In this document: piece after piece, positions 1 to 13,875 of the stretch
How the letters are laid out: each line of letters starts with the position of its first letter
How positions within the stretch are numbered: the first letter of the stretch is position 1
From: Ramazzottius varieornatus
Lineage: Eukaryota; Animalia; Tardigrada
Direction: 5' to 3'
Assembly: GCA_001949185.1 (NCBI GenBank)
Contig: BDGG01000005.1
Span: 2,767,972 to 2,831,971, forward strand
Length of the DNA stretch: 64,000 bases
Program-made: the position numbers and the translations under genes
Notes under the pieces: generated by a model
The model's input: only the letters and a program-made list of their open reading frames with translations
What the model was told of the DNA's origin: nothing
Database searches by the model: none

Positions 1-3000
1 TTCAGCAGAACACTTGGTACAAGATCGAAGTTACAAGGTACGTTTGACCGCCAGTCTCTTAATGGTTCTGGAAAGAACATGATGCTCATGAAATTCGTAG
101 GGTGAAGAACACGGCCCAACTCAGTGTGCTGCCCATGACGGAAGCCCTCAAGTTCGATCCGAAACTGATCAACGGTTCGACGGATGCCGGCTTCACTCGC
201 ATGGACTTGAACCGCTCCTCGGAGATGTATGTCGGCGGTCTTCCCAGCAACATTGACGATATTCCGGAGATCAAAGCGAAAGGCTTCTTTGGCTGCTTGG
301 GTCAGATCGCGATCGATGGTCAGCAGATCGGCTTGTGGAACTACAAGTCGGGCCAAGGCTGTGCCGGATGCGCAGCTGGGTAATGATTTACCACCGCATT
401 CGTTCTCTTCTATTCTTTTCTAGCTTGAGTGTGACATTGTTTTAAATTTTGTGCAGAAGAGCAGCTGAAAGTGGGGATGGCGGAACGTTCCGCTTTAATG
501 GCATGGGTTTCGCCAGTGCACCTCAGATAAAACGTTACAACAACAAAAGATACACCATCGCACTGACATTCCGCTCCTTCGATGAGAACGCACTACTGTT
601 TTTGTGCGCCAATGACAAAGAGCCACAGGTTTGTCGAAACTCAAAATTTGAGGCTGCAGAATAATCGCATTTTCCCCCCTCCCATTGGGATCATAAAGTT
701 ACACGGGTCGTGAAGCTGAAGTGAATTTGAAGGACTTCCCCAAGAGTTCGCATCGTTTGGCTACGTTAATTTTACAGGGTGACTTCATCAGTCTGGAACT
801 TCGCGACGGCAAAGTAGCATTCCAGTTTTACCTTGGCGGTCAGAATCACCTCCTCGTCATAACTTCCCGTCGCTTTAACACCGGAAGTTTCGTCAATGTT
901 CGCGCCGAACGATTCGACTACTATGCCGACTTACGTGTGGAAGATGACCACATCGCCGCCAGTCTGTCACCCAACAAACCGGACGGACTCGAGTTGGCTA
1001 GCCGAGAAATGTACTTTGGCGGGGTTCCTCCTGGCTTCGCTTTTCAATCCAAGTACAACATCACCTATAAACCTTTCATCGGCTGCATGAAAGACATCCA
1101 GGTATGATTCAAGCCTGTATGAGAGATGAACCACATCGTTTTCCCAAGTGGCGCGCTTTTTCACTGTTAATAGCTGGAAGCGTGCACCATTCGGGAGTGT
1201 TAGCCTAAGTGGCGCACGTTTTTATGTGATGTCAGCTGGAAGTTTGCGCCACTTGGGAAAACGATCTGGGGGATTTCGTTTGCCGCGATCTAATCGGTTT
1301 CAGTATGACTGGAAAATACGTTGACTGATGTGTCTCTAGGTGGATGTGACGTCAGTGGATCTGCTGTCCAAGACGGTTTACCATGTGGACGTGGAACAAG
1401 GTTGTAAGAGAAGATCCATACGAGATGTCAGCTTTAGCAATAGCAATGGATACCTGAAGCTGCCGGGCAAGACTTTGCTGGCTAATGCGTCGGTGAGCTT
1501 TTCCTTCGCTACGGGCCAGTCCGATGGGTTGCTGATTGCTTCCATCTCTGATAATTATAAGAACAATAAGAACTACTGGACGGCGAGCTTGCAGAGCGGC
1601 AAGCTGGTGCTTATTTTCAACAGCGGAAGCGGCAACACCAAAATTCAGGTGAGACCCGCATTATCGTACAAAGCTGACTGTGGTTCCTCGTGGCTTGCAA
1701 AGATATCCACCTCATGGACATCCGTAGAAGAGTGCCGTATCTCGTTCGGAACGATCGTTGTCATACGACAACCAGCCATTGAGTGATGCAGTGGTGTGAA
1801 AGTAGAATACGGTCTCCTGTTTATTTTTTTCCAGGTGGAGAATAAATATTACGACGATCGAGTTCTTCACACCGTATCCCTCCGTAAGCGTCGAAAGCGC
1901 ATCGAGCTTCGCGTAGACGACATGGAGATTCAAGAGGAGAAAGCCGCCTCCGATGGTAGCGAGGAGATTCTCTCCGACGTCATCTACGTGGGTGGCGCAC
2001 CCTCCAACGTCGACCTGTCGGCCATCGCCGCCTCCGCTCGCTCCTTCGTCGGTTGCGTCACCGGCCTCATCATCAACGGCGACTTGATCGGCTTCGAGCA
2101 ACTGCAGAGCTTCGACCACGCCGCCATCGGTCGCTGTGAGTTCGAGACACCTCAGTCGTCTCTCGAAGGACCGTTACTACCCACCGCACTGGCGCTGTCC
2201 CGACAACCTCGCCACTGTACTCCCTTCCCTAAACTCGTCAAGACACCGGAAGAGTGGCGAGCGGTAAGCTTTGGTGGTGGTGACGATAGTCGGGTCGAGG
2301 TCTTCCCGGCCAGGAAAGACACAAAGCTGTTCAACTTGACCATGTCAGTCAGGACGTTTAGGGAGGATGGCATACTCTTTTATGCGGAGAACCCGGCGGG
2401 CGAGCAAGTGCTGATGTTGTCCATGAACGAGGGGAAAATGATCTTGACCGTCGTTGACGAATCGCCTATGGTGAGTAAATTCCCCTCAGGACTGCGGCTT
2501 CGGCGACTGAATTGAATATGATCGCTGTCTCAAGTGACGCATGTTGGCCTTGTTAGGGGTCGAACGTGTGCGCCACTTTGGAAAGTCGACATCCGGCTTA
2601 TTGCCGACATTCTTGACATGAGTTATTCTTGCAGGAGATAGTGAGCCCGGCCAACTATTCGGATGGAAAGTGGCTTACTTTACGTTTGGAAAGGAAGCAG
2701 CGCAGGATTATCCTCCAGTTGGACGAGGGCGCGGAGGAGTACATCAAAGTGTCCAAGAAGTTCGTGGTGAGTTTGCCGTTCTTCATTGCGGGGATATCGG
2801 CAAGCGTACGCCCGCCAGCTGGCATCGACCGTACGGGCTTCCGCGGGTGCGTGGCCAACGTGACGTTCAATGACCGACCGATCAACCTTCTGGAAGAGAA
2901 GTCGGTTCGGGGTGTGGAAGCATGTTATGGCAATGCGGAATCGGCGGCGTTTTTCGAAGGCAACGGACACGCATTATACAGTGAGTACAGAAACCATCGA

Positions 3001-3663
3001 GTGGAAATACCGTAGAGAAAAAAATGCTGGAAAGGCACAACAACCTCGACAATGCCAATGGCTGACTAAACTTGAGGGCTGAACTAGCCAAATAAAGCAT
3101 GATGAAAACCTTTAACGAAGGAGAAACAGTCTTTTCTCTGACGCTCGAATTTTGCAGATGAGAACTTCCGGCCACATGGGAAGATGTTGATAGAGATGGA
3201 GTTCCGCACCAGTGCGATCAGCGGCGAGCTTCTCCTGCTGTTCAACCCCGTCGATCGGTCCTACGTCAGCCTGAAGTTCTCCGACGGCCAGATGGTCTTC
3301 AACATCTCGTCGCCAGGCTCATCCTTCCACGTCATCAAGTCCGTCTCCACCAAGCATCGTCTGTGCGACGGGCAGTGGCATGGCGTCAAGGCCTTGTTCG
3401 CGGACAAAGTTATGACTTTGGACGTGGACGACAGTAAGGTGGAAGCCAGGCGAGAGGAGCACCTGACCGATATGGCCCTACCCGAGAACGTGCCTCTGTA
3501 CATCGGCGGACGTCCAGCCTCGGTGCCGGCTCAGTTCGTGCCCAAAGTCCCAAACTTTATTGGCTGTATTCGCAACGTCGATATTAATGGTCAAACCACC
3601 AAGTTCCACAATATGATGACTCTGTATAATGTTCACCTAGACTCTTGTCCTACTGCTGCTTGA
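1..3663 (+). CDS. Laminin subunit alpha, C-terminal LG domains (5'-partial, multi-exon)
   Basis: Tandem laminin-G motifs across spliced ORFs: MYVGGLP..FFGCL, YFGGVP..FIGCMKDIQV, YVGGAP..FVGCV, FIAGI..FRGCV, LYIGG..FIGCIRNV, ending SCPTAA* at 3663. GT-AG introns join the ORFs. Confidence 0.9.
1131..1269. repeat. Palindromic MITE-like element (AAGTGGCGCA family) in a laminin intron
   Basis: CCACATCGTTTTCCCAAGTGGCGC (1131-1154) is inverted at 1246-1269 with 23/24 identity. Related copies occur elsewhere in the window. Confidence 0.8.
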
Positions 3664-3978
3664 CTGTCGACTTGCTTGGAAGAACGCAAGCAGCAATTAC
3701 CAATTTGAGCGACCTATCGCAAATAAAAATGACAGTTGCCGCCCGTCTTCTCCATACCGTCGTTATCTTTTGTATTATCGTCCTTGAAAGTTCACATTTG
3801 GATGGCAGTCAGCGTTAATCTGATCTAGTGGCTGATTAATGTCGGGGGAAGGTTCAACAGGGTATACTGCAATCATTTGTCTTTTAATTAATCGTTCTGC
3901 TGATGAGCCACCAGTCTCACTGAGTTTCGTGCAACGTGGAACCAGAAGCTGTTTCTTTAAGCTGTCTAGCCAGTCACA

Positions 3979-5466
3979 ATGGAGATCCCGATACTGGATT
4001 TTAGTCTGTATGAATCGCCTGAGTCGAGGACTTTGCTTGCGGACCAGGTTGTGCATACTCTGGAGACTGTAGGCTTTCTCTATTTGAAAAACCACGGTGT
4101 TCCCGCCGAGCAGGTAAACACTTTGTGCAAAGCGTCAGAGTTTTTGTCCATGGTCTTACATGTCAATCTGAATTCGAGAACGTACTATGACAATTCAGCA
4201 TCGCTGTTATTGCGTTGTAGATCGATAAGGCTGATGGAGCCGCGGTAAAGTACTTTGACCAGGAGACCTCAGTCAAGAAACAGTTCTCCCGCCCCAGTGT
4301 TATGACGGAAAACCCTGGCAGCGGATACTGTGAAATTGGAATTGAAAGGTATAACAGATTTAAGCTGTGAGCGACTCTCAGCGTTTCTTGGTCTCGCTCA
4401 AGTATCAATATAACAGTATCAGTGCCGAAGTTCAATCTAACTTAGGCCGTTGTTCGCGGTAGGTTGTACCAATCCGGTGTGAAGGAAGTGAAAGAAACTT
4501 TTGACTTTATCCCATCTGATCTTCCGGTGAGTACTTAGCAGTGCCGCAGACCGAGTTTCTGTGATTGGGAGGCGGGCAAACAACTTTGAGATGGTCGTTA
4601 TTTCAAGTCGCGCACTTTTCCAGCCAGTAACAGAGGAAACTGCGCCACCACAAATAACGATCATCCCGAAATCGATCTGTCGCCCACAAAATCAACAGAG
4701 CAAACTGGTGCGAAGTCTGTCGGAAAAGAGACATCATCTAACTGCCTTTCCTAGGAAGGCAAAGCTGAATCGGCCACGGTCCTCATCGAGCCTCTAACCA
4801 ATCTGTTCAACTCGTGCGCCGAGCTTGCACGGAAGCTTTTCCATTGTATTGCTCTGGGTCTGAAGTTAGCCAACGAGCGCTACTTGGAAGACAAACACAA
4901 GGGGATGGGTAACCGTAATGTCAACAGCACGACGCTTCGAGTTCTTCACTACCCACCTTTCGACTCAGCACAGTACGGGGAAACGGCAACCCGCCTGGGA
5001 GAGCATACTGACTGGTGCTCAATGGCCATTCTTTTCCAACGGGACGTTGGAGGCTTGGAAGTGGAAACCGCCGGCAACAAGTTCGTTCCAGCCCCGCCTA
5101 TCCCTGGAACTGTCTTGGTCAACATTGGCGACATTCTGCAGTTTTGGACCTGTGGTCGCTTGAGAGCAACGGTATGACAGTTGTACCATAAATGTTGAAG
5201 TTGTTTTTATGCAACGTATCATCTTGGGTATTCCATAGACCCACCGAGTGCGGGCCGTGGACAGTGAGCAGAACACGAAGGTACGCCGGAGCATCGGCTT
5301 CTTCGCCAACCCGGACTTCGATGCGGTGGTGGAAAGCCTGGATCCGCGATACTACTTCCATCCAGAACCCACCGGCGAATACACCCTCAATCGCTTCCGT
5401 AATGCCTACCATTATCAGGAACGCCAAGACTTTGGTTTTATGAAACCTCAACGCGTTAGCGAATAG
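3979..5466 (+). CDS. 2-oxoglutarate/Fe(II) dioxygenase, IPNS/DIOX_N family; exons about 3979-4113, 4220-4348, 4462-4525, 4755-5171, 5239-5466
   Basis: N-terminal IPILDFS..GFLYLKNHGV; LRVLHYP; HTD iron-binding motif; VLVNIGDILQ; distal H in THRV; RxS in RRSIGFF. Confidence 0.9.
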
Positions 5467-6409
5467 TGTGGGTGAAGACCTCCACGCTGTGCCTCCTACT
5501 AAACAGTACTTTTCGCAACCCGCCTGCCGATAATCATAATCATACTGATAATCTTTCACTTCCACCGCGGCTTCATATTCAGTGTAGTCTTGGTCGCTCG
5601 CTAAGATTTTGAATAATCCGGCACTACTGTGGGGCTTGCAAAGACTGGACCTGTAGTACCAATTGGCAATGAACGGTGTTTTCGGCGGACAGATGACCGC
5701 CATGACATGGTGTCATACTACATCATATCATATGCTGTACAGCACACGCGCCTGCTCTAAATGTGAGCATAGACAAAAATGTGGGCTACGGAGCGAAAGC
5801 GGTACGGGCCACCTGAGGTCGGCCAATCCATTGGATCAGCACCGCTTTCGTTCCGTGGCCCACATTTTTGTCCATGCCCACATATAGGGCATACGTCGTG
5901 TACTGCATTCACATGCGGTGCATTAATAGCGTACTGAACCTTACATCACTCACAATTCAACACGTTTACAGCCTCCAGAGTCTAGACCAGCTGTTGTCGG
6001 TGTTACGAGTTAGACTTTTGCATGGCTTACACGATCAGTTATTCGGTCCAAGGTTAGCTAGCTCCATCTATATCCATTGCCAAGTTTCAGATTCCACATC
6101 TCAAGCCAGAATGCATGGGGAAAAGCGTGGAAAACGGAAAAGTACCGACAACGATGGCACCACGAATGGCACTACGAGAAGGCGGGAAGGGAACAGCACG
6201 ATGCAGCACAGCTTGCCCTGACGCTAAAGGCAAGGATCGATCTCATCGAGAGGAAGTCGGATGCCGTGGACAGGTTCCTCCATCAGCTCTTGACTGAAAG
6301 TCGGGTGGCCAAAAGGGACAGTGACGACTAGGAATGGTGCGGCGGCGGATGCTGGAAAAGTCAAAAGCGCTCTTGGGCAACTGGTATCGGGTGGCGACCA
6401 GGTGGATGA

Positions 6410-6852
6410 GAGCAGACCTCCTGGCATGTTCACAGATTTCATTGCGGAAGATCTGGGCGGCATGTACTCAGAACGGCATGGGCGCAGTTGCAGAAAAGTA
6501 ACAACGAGTTGACTGGAGTCACTGGACGAAGTACAACTGCTAATATGGGTGCGTTTGCCACACCACCGAAAACCACGCCCTGGGTGGTTGGTCCGGTAAG
6601 TATGGACATACCTCTGCTAAGTCTGCTTTGCATCACGACAATCAGAAACAGCCATGCATAATCTGAGTATAATGGTTTTTCCTATGTTTTCTTGGCAGAA
6701 ACTGCAGCTCCGAACAGCGCCGAGCAAAGTGAACGTGGGCAAAGTTATCCGAAGCATCTACCCTGTCTCGGAACTCTGGCCTCAGATTCCGTACTTAGTT
6801 TACAAGGAAGTCTTCGGGTATCTGGACGTCACCCACTCCAGCCGACTGTGCC
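6410..6852 (+). pseudogene. Degenerate F-box gene fragment
   Basis: Exon 6699-6852 encodes LWPQIPYLVYKEVFGYLDVTHSSRLCR, which is F-box-like. It ends at a phase-2 GT at the same position as the intron in the F-box gene at 32368. The upstream frame is broken by a stop and no downstream exon was found. Confidence 0.5.
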
Positions 6853-8678
6853 GGTATGTCAGGTTATGTCAGTGGACCGTTTTTGTTACAGTTACTTCTA
6901 ATTGCCGTGTTTGAATATTTTACATGACTTTTCTGCCGAAGCAATTCTAGCTTCTTCACTTCACGAAATCGCTGTCCAGTATTTGATAAAACAATGAGGA
7001 AGTCAAAAGTGGAGCCATGTATTCACAGACAAACAAAGACTTACCAGGCGGCCCAGGCCGAGAAGTTCTATTGACTTTTCTATGTGGAAACAACACTGAA
7101 AAAGTATAATAATTCACTGAGCACATCTACTTGAAGCACATCAGTGATCAGTCAAAATTGGATACGGTAGATATGCCTAACACCAGTTAGGGATGAATCC
7201 CATATTCACCCGCGGTATTGCGACCGGTGGTACGTCGACATGGAAGTCTTCGGGCCGCTCAGCAGTTCGACCCATGAACAAGAGCAGTCCTGCGAGGAAT
7301 GCGCAGTCTATCCAGCGCGATCGTCGCTTGTAACCCTGCTACGAACTGTGCTTTTCCGCAACTTCGTCGATTAACGTAAGGACCGGTGGATATCACCTTG
7401 GGGGGAGGGGATATCCCCGTGCCGGCCGCCTCATAACTTCGGTTTGCTGGTGACGCACAAAGTCAATCGCCTCATCAATCTTTCTTCTTCTTCAACATAC
7501 TCCGCGAATACTATTCTCGTTCTTCGCGGAACGGAGAAGAAACGTTCCGCGCTTTCTGACTTACTCGTATTTCCAAGGTTATGTTATTGACGTTTCCACT
7601 TCCCCATCTATCGAATCAACATCGCGGCCAAGACAACTCTTCTCGGGGCGGTGAGCCATAGAGCTGCGGAAAATGCGACGTTGATTGATCACTTGTCAGG
7701 CTTTTCTCCCACTCAGCCACAAGACTCGCGAACCTGATTGTTGAACGGTTGCTCGTTTGACACTCTGCCAGGAAATCAAAGGTGTAGCCTTCCGCTAAAG
7801 TTTTGAGTAGCTTCTTGAATCTTCCAGACTTCAAACGCCTTTGCTAAGGTTCGAGTACGTTGGCATATGAGCTGATTTTTTCTCCATTGAAAGACTGGAA
7901 GACGAGACGCTGACCATCAATTTTCTCGTGACCCGCTGGCACCGCTTGCGTCACGACTAGGGGATCAGCTTACACTTCGTTTGACGGCTGCACTGCCCGA
8001 AGAAGACGTCGAAGACGAAGAACATCCTCAACCTCAAGTACCAAGCAGTCTAAGAATAGACCGTTATGTATTCATGATAACTTGCAGAGTATCATACATC
8101 TGTTGATGGCTGCTCTTTGCGTCAGTCGTACAGGCAACGACTTGAGGGAAACCTCCAGGCGGTCTATTTTAATCCATGACTATTTCTGTTCTACCAAATA
8201 AACTCCACATGCATTGGCGCAACTGGTCAACATATGAACGATGCCTCCATGCTGAGATCATAATTCATTTTCAGGCCGGTAAGAGAGCAAGACATCGGAG
8301 GTATGAGTCAAGTACCGTTGGGACGTGAGAAGCCGAGAAAATGTTTGAGTATAAGCAGTCATCCGAGAGCGCCGGGGAATGGCGCTCTGGCAAAGATGAA
8401 CACGCTCTGCAGACGCTATTTTCGTCATGTCTTCGACTTCTTCGATACCAATTCCACAACACAAAAATTCTCCTTGGTAGTGTAGGAACATTCTTTCGTA
8501 ACAAATCAGAAGTGTGAACTTCCCGATCCAACAGTCGATGCCAAGGTTTCAAATCAGTAATCAACCGATAAAAAGTTTACTATATCCTCAGCCATTTCCC
8601 ATCTTTTGTTTGTTGTGTTGTTGACCCGTTGATGGATTACAGTTGACTAAGTTTGGGAATTGTTGAAACTGAAGAAGA

Positions 8679-11600
8679 ATGAGTCGCCGTGTGGAGCCGT
8701 ATGATGAAGAAAATGACGAAATCGCCCAAGAAAAGAAAAAGATAAAGGCAAAGATGGCTGCTGAAGCCATAGAAGAAGCCAGGAAGAAAGCTCTGGAGCC
8801 ACAAGTTGCTGCGACACCACATCCGGGTTCGGATGATCTGGAAGCGCTAATGACCTGCTGCATCTGTATGGACCGCTTCCGTGTACCCAAAATGCTGCCG
8901 TGTCAGCACTCCTTCTGCGCTCACTGCCTAGAAGGTAATGTCCATGTAATGAGATGGAAATATCGTAAGGAAACGTCCGTGTTGGGAGAGTCAATTGTTA
9001 CCTGCGTACCGGACCAGTTCAAAACGGATCCTCCGTAACCGTTTCCCGGGGATAAAACTGCTCAATGAAATGCGAAGCAAACTGAACTCTCGAAAGCCTG
9101 AACAAATTTGTTTTTTAGGACTGTTCGATTGGGTCAAGAACCAGATCAAATGTCCAGAATGTCGAACGGAACACCGCTGCTCCAATCCAGATAACTTCCC
9201 AACGAACCTGACCATGGTCCGTTTCATGGAAGTGCATATCGAAGCGATGGGCGGAGATCCCGCTGACGCAATGGCTCCTCCACCGTCTCTTCAAAGATGC
9301 ACAGTCAGTAAACGGAACCTTTCCTGCCTAAATTTTGTTTATACTAGGATAAATTGCGATTATCCAACAGGCATTTAACCCGAGTCTAGCCGGCTCGTCC
9401 TGGTGGCTTATCCGTTGCCTTTTTATAGGTCTGTGGTGACAACGCCGAACTGTCCAAATGTAGCCACTGTGATCGCAAAGTCTGCACGGACTGCCGAGAT
9501 GGCCATATGGAGATTATGAAACGAGAACTGGGCCGTCTAATTAACCAAGTCAAACGCGGCGTGGTATGTGGAGAAAGCTCTTCCCCGTGACTAGGATATA
9601 TTTGTTCGTGTGCTGAATTTTAGTAATTTGAAAAGTGTTTATCGTCCACCGGGCTCGTAACATTAGCCGAACACAGATGAGAACAGAGTAGGATGAGGGC
9701 TTATCGAACATCAAGTTCTTTTCACTGACAACAAACAACACTACTGACGCACTTTCGCCCACTGCCTCAAAAATAGCGACTTTCACGTGACGTGGTGAAA
9801 ACAAAAATGCGATAATTTTGTTGAGGATCCATGTTAACCAAGATTCAAAACGGTAGATACGTAAAAAACTGAAACAGCTGGTCGGCTGAGTAATTTGTGA
9901 TCAATCAAAATACTTCATCCAAGAGCTTCACGTCACTGCAGCAACTTGGACCCATTACTTCCGGATCTAGCAGTATCTTCCACGATTTTTATGCGCCCAA
10001 GGTCTATAGCTTGAACTGTGCGTCAGACTCTCCTCTATCTCTCTGTGAAGCCGATTTGACAGCCAGGATTTAATGGGTGGCGTAATCCGCTTGGTAGTAA
10101 AATGGCTGACTCAACTTTTAATTGAACAGCCAACATTAATTTTCTTGGCTGATGATTAACGCGCTAAATCTCATGTGCCGAACGTACTTTTTACCATCTC
10201 TTTCGAAAGTAATTTTGACAATCTAGAGTGGTCTACGTCCTAACTTCTATTGGGATCTGAACAATACAATCGTTTCACTTTTCTAGTCACGTCTGGAGGA
10301 GTCAGCCGGTTGGATAGAGCGGAACGAAGCCCAATTGACGCAGAACTGCAGCGTTGTCCGCGAAGAAATCCAAGACGTCGTTCGTCGCTACCTCAAACAA
10401 ATTAAAGACAGAGAAGACCTTCTTCTCAACCAGGTCAACACGTTTCTACAAGCTGAGACGAAGTCCATGCAACACATGCAAGACAACATCGACGAGGAGA
10501 TCAAGACTCTAAACACAGCCGTCGAAGAAGCTCAAAAGCTCCTCGATCCCGAGTCCAACACGTCCATTGATGACGTCATGGGCGAGCTAAGCACTTTCAA
10601 AGAACAGTTTTCGAAGAGTGTCGACTTCTTGAAGAGCTTCACACCAGACGCCCAAGATTTCACCAAGAGCCTCAAGTTCGTACGAGGTTCTTCCGAAGGG
10701 GATTTACTTCATCAGTCCATCTTGGCTTTCGGAGAACTTCACGTCAGCACCCAGCACTTTAACAGGTTTGTACTGGATACTTTACGATGTGATATGCTTT
10801 ATTCATACAAGTCACTTTTACTTCAAAAGAGAGGACATCAATGAAACCAGGAGCATAAATTAAAATCGACAGATCACGAGGACGCAGGTTTTCCCTTTTC
10901 AAAATTTAGAACATAGAATATCTCTTTGAGTCCCTTAGTCTCCTTCAGAGTATCCATAACACGAAAAGCATTTCCGCGTTGGATGTCAAGAGACAGACGC
11001 CGATTGTCTCATAGTACGGAAAATATTGTGGTCTTTCGCAATGCAAGCTGAGTATGAAAAAACTTGCTGCAAGTGAAGTGAGGCGAAACTTGCCGGTTCA
11101 AAGCCAAGGCATGAGTATTATTTGTCACCCTGCTGTTGTACGGACAGGAAACCTCCGGAAGACTATGAAATTCCATCTTAATTTTTTAACAGGTTTGTCA
11201 GTAATTCGGAACGCATGGCGACGCTGCTGATCGAAAAGCAGTTCGAAGCCACCCTGGCTGAATTTTACCGTCAGCAACAAGAAGAAGCCGAACAAGCAGC
11301 CCGCCAAGCTGCTCGAACAGTACCTCAGCTGCCGCTACCTGAACTTGATAGCGGAAGGACCTTCCAAAGTGAGTACATGACGAGAAGGCAAGGTGAGAGT
11401 CTGCAAGAATATCGTGACCGCCGGCTGGAATCCTCGCCTTCTCGATTCACCACAGCCGAGCTTCCGACACCCAGGCCAGATTACAGTAGGGAGTCCAGCG
11501 CGCCGGCGTCGTACTTGGCGAGAGTCAGTCGTCTGACGGACACCAGCTCCAGTGGTGCGGATACAGCGACGTCTACGGCACGGGGTGGCGGATCAAGCGA

Positions 11601-13875
11601 GAGTACGTCCACGACAGGGAGTAATCGCCGACAGAAGTACAAGGATGGACGGTCGCATACGGCAGACCTGGGATTGCTGAGGGAAAGCACCGACGAGAGA
11701 CGTAACAGCGGGGATGATCTGGATGTTGAAGTAAGCATGTCACCTGTGTTAGAATTTTTCGAAATCAAACAAACCGTTATCGCGCCTATTTGCTCTGGGT
11801 CTTGAGTGTTATGAAAGATGCGCACGCAAAGTTTTGCACACATTGTTTTCCCCTTGGGTAAAACCTTGTGCGCACTGGTTCAAACCCATAAAGCTTAGTA
11901 AGGCAGACCGTAGTTTCCGTCTAAGTGTGAGCTTCGTTGGTACGATTTGAGCAGTGGTCTCAGTACTTTGTCGAGATTTTTCTGATGTTATTTCGATCTT
12001 TGGAGACTGGACTTGTGTAGGATCATCTAATTATTCTTTTTGCAGGTGGCTGAAGCCCTGTCGTCGAGAGGTCGTTACGCTCGCCGCGTTGAGTCACAAG
12101 ACAGTCAGGAAAGTGTCTCCGGAGACGGTCGTCGTGGTGGTCGTTACCGCGGTGGTTCCAAGACCACCGAGTTAAACGACGCCTTCGCCGTCCCCGACGT
12201 TGCCATCACACCCTCGCGTACACTATACCAGCGCGAGACTTCGACCTCCGACTCGCCACTTCGCACTAGCTCGACCCGTGGCGCCACTGCTACCAGCGCC
12301 GGTGCCAGTGCCTGTGAGCAGGCCATCAACCGTCGTCGACGTCGCTTTGCCACCCAGGCGTCACAAGAAGACACTACTCCAGCCATCACCACAACGCCAG
12401 CCTCAACCACCTCTTCATACTCGGCCCGTTCGCCATACAGTGCCAGTAGTGCCACCGGTGCCCGTTCAAGAGAAACCAGTCCGGTGCGTCGAGCCAGGAC
12501 ACCAGCACTGGATGAGTCGGATGATGAACTGGCCAGGGACCGAGAAGAACGTATGCCGTTTTATTCGCGCTATCTGGCGAATAAGGCAAAGTCGCGTGAA
12601 GTATCGCCGACGAACGAGTATCGAGCCAGCTCGACTGCACGGGATCTGGGTAGTGCTTCCAGCGCTCTTTCGCGAGATTCGGCCTACTTAAATAAAGGTA
12701 CGTGCACTTTCTTTACCGGCGCCTACACACCAGATTGATAGAACATGGAATTTTGCAGGTCGAACCTCAACAAAGATTGGAAGCCGGGGATCCGAAGCAG
12801 GGCAACTGAACTGGCCACGAGGCGTCGCTGCAGGATCGGATAATCGTGTGCTGGTTGCAGACTCATCAAATCACAGGGTTAGTGGCTCAGTGCATTTGAT
12901 TGTTCCATGATGTCGCATCGAGTGAGACAACGCTGTCAAATACGTGTAGAAATTGACAATTGCTTTTTATCCCCGGTTGCTGATTCCACAATTCAGCACT
13001 TTTATTCCATATAACGGTTCCTAACCTGACATGGACTGGTAAAACGCTTCTGCTCTTATCTGAAATACAATTTTTAACCCAGCAGTAACTGCCATTTTTG
13101 TTTGCTGGTGTGCTGCATTTTGTACAAGTTACGCGGCTTGTTATTCCAGGTGAGTATTTTCGAAAAGAACGGCACATACATGAAATCCTTCGGGAGCTAC
13201 GGGAGTGCTCCGGGCGAATTCGATTGCTTGGCCGGCCTTGCAGTAGCACCCGATGGTCGCATCGTTGTGGCCGACCGCTACAACCATCGCATCTCGGTCC
13301 ACGACGCCACGGGTCGCTTTATGACGGCGTTCGGCGGAGAAGGCCACACCGAAGGACTCTTCCAGTATCCATACGGCGTCTGCATCGGTAACGGTTACAT
13401 CTACGTGTGCGACAAGGACAACGCGCGGGTCCAGAAGTTCACACTGGACGGCCGTTTCGTCTCGAAGTTTGGCGGACCCGGTGTCAGACCCAACTCCCTT
13501 AACAACCCTCACTACATTGCCCTGTCCGCTTCTGGGGATCGCATCATCGTGGCTGACTCCGGTAACAACCGTATCCAGGTGTTTGACTCACGCGATGGTA
13601 CTCCGGTGACCATTGTGGGCGGCGAAGGAACGAACGAAGGGCAGTTTCAGTACCCAAGGGGCGTGGCGGTCGATGAGAACGACTACCTGTACGTAGCGGA
13701 CGCGGGCAACAACCGTATACAGATCTTCGGGAACAGAGACTACCGCTACGTATCCAGCTTTGGCAGCTGGGGAAACATGCTGGGAGAGTTCAAAGGCATC
13801 GAAGACCTGGCCATGACGCGAGATGGAAGCCTCCTGGTTGCTGATCGGGATAACCATCGTATTCAAGTTTTCTGA
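8679..13875 (+). CDS. nhl-1: TRIM-NHL protein (RING, B-box, coiled coil, low-complexity linker, NHL repeats), nhl-1/thin(abba) type; exons about 8679-8934, 9119-9303, 9430-9563, 10287-10765, 11193-11730, 12046-12697, 12759-12877, 13150-13875
   Basis: RING CCICMDRFRVPKMLPCQHSFCAHCL..CPECR; B-box-like C/H cluster at 9430-9510; coiled coil; NHL repeats LNWPRGVA, GEFDCLAGLAV, FQYPYGV, NNPHYIA, FQYPRGVAVD, DRDNHRIQVF*. Confidence 0.92.

Noticed and set aside
3979-5466. 2OG-Fe(II) dioxygenase as a horizontal transfer candidate
   Set aside because: It has four spliceosomal introns and the family occurs widely in invertebrates. HGT cannot be supported without a phylogeny.
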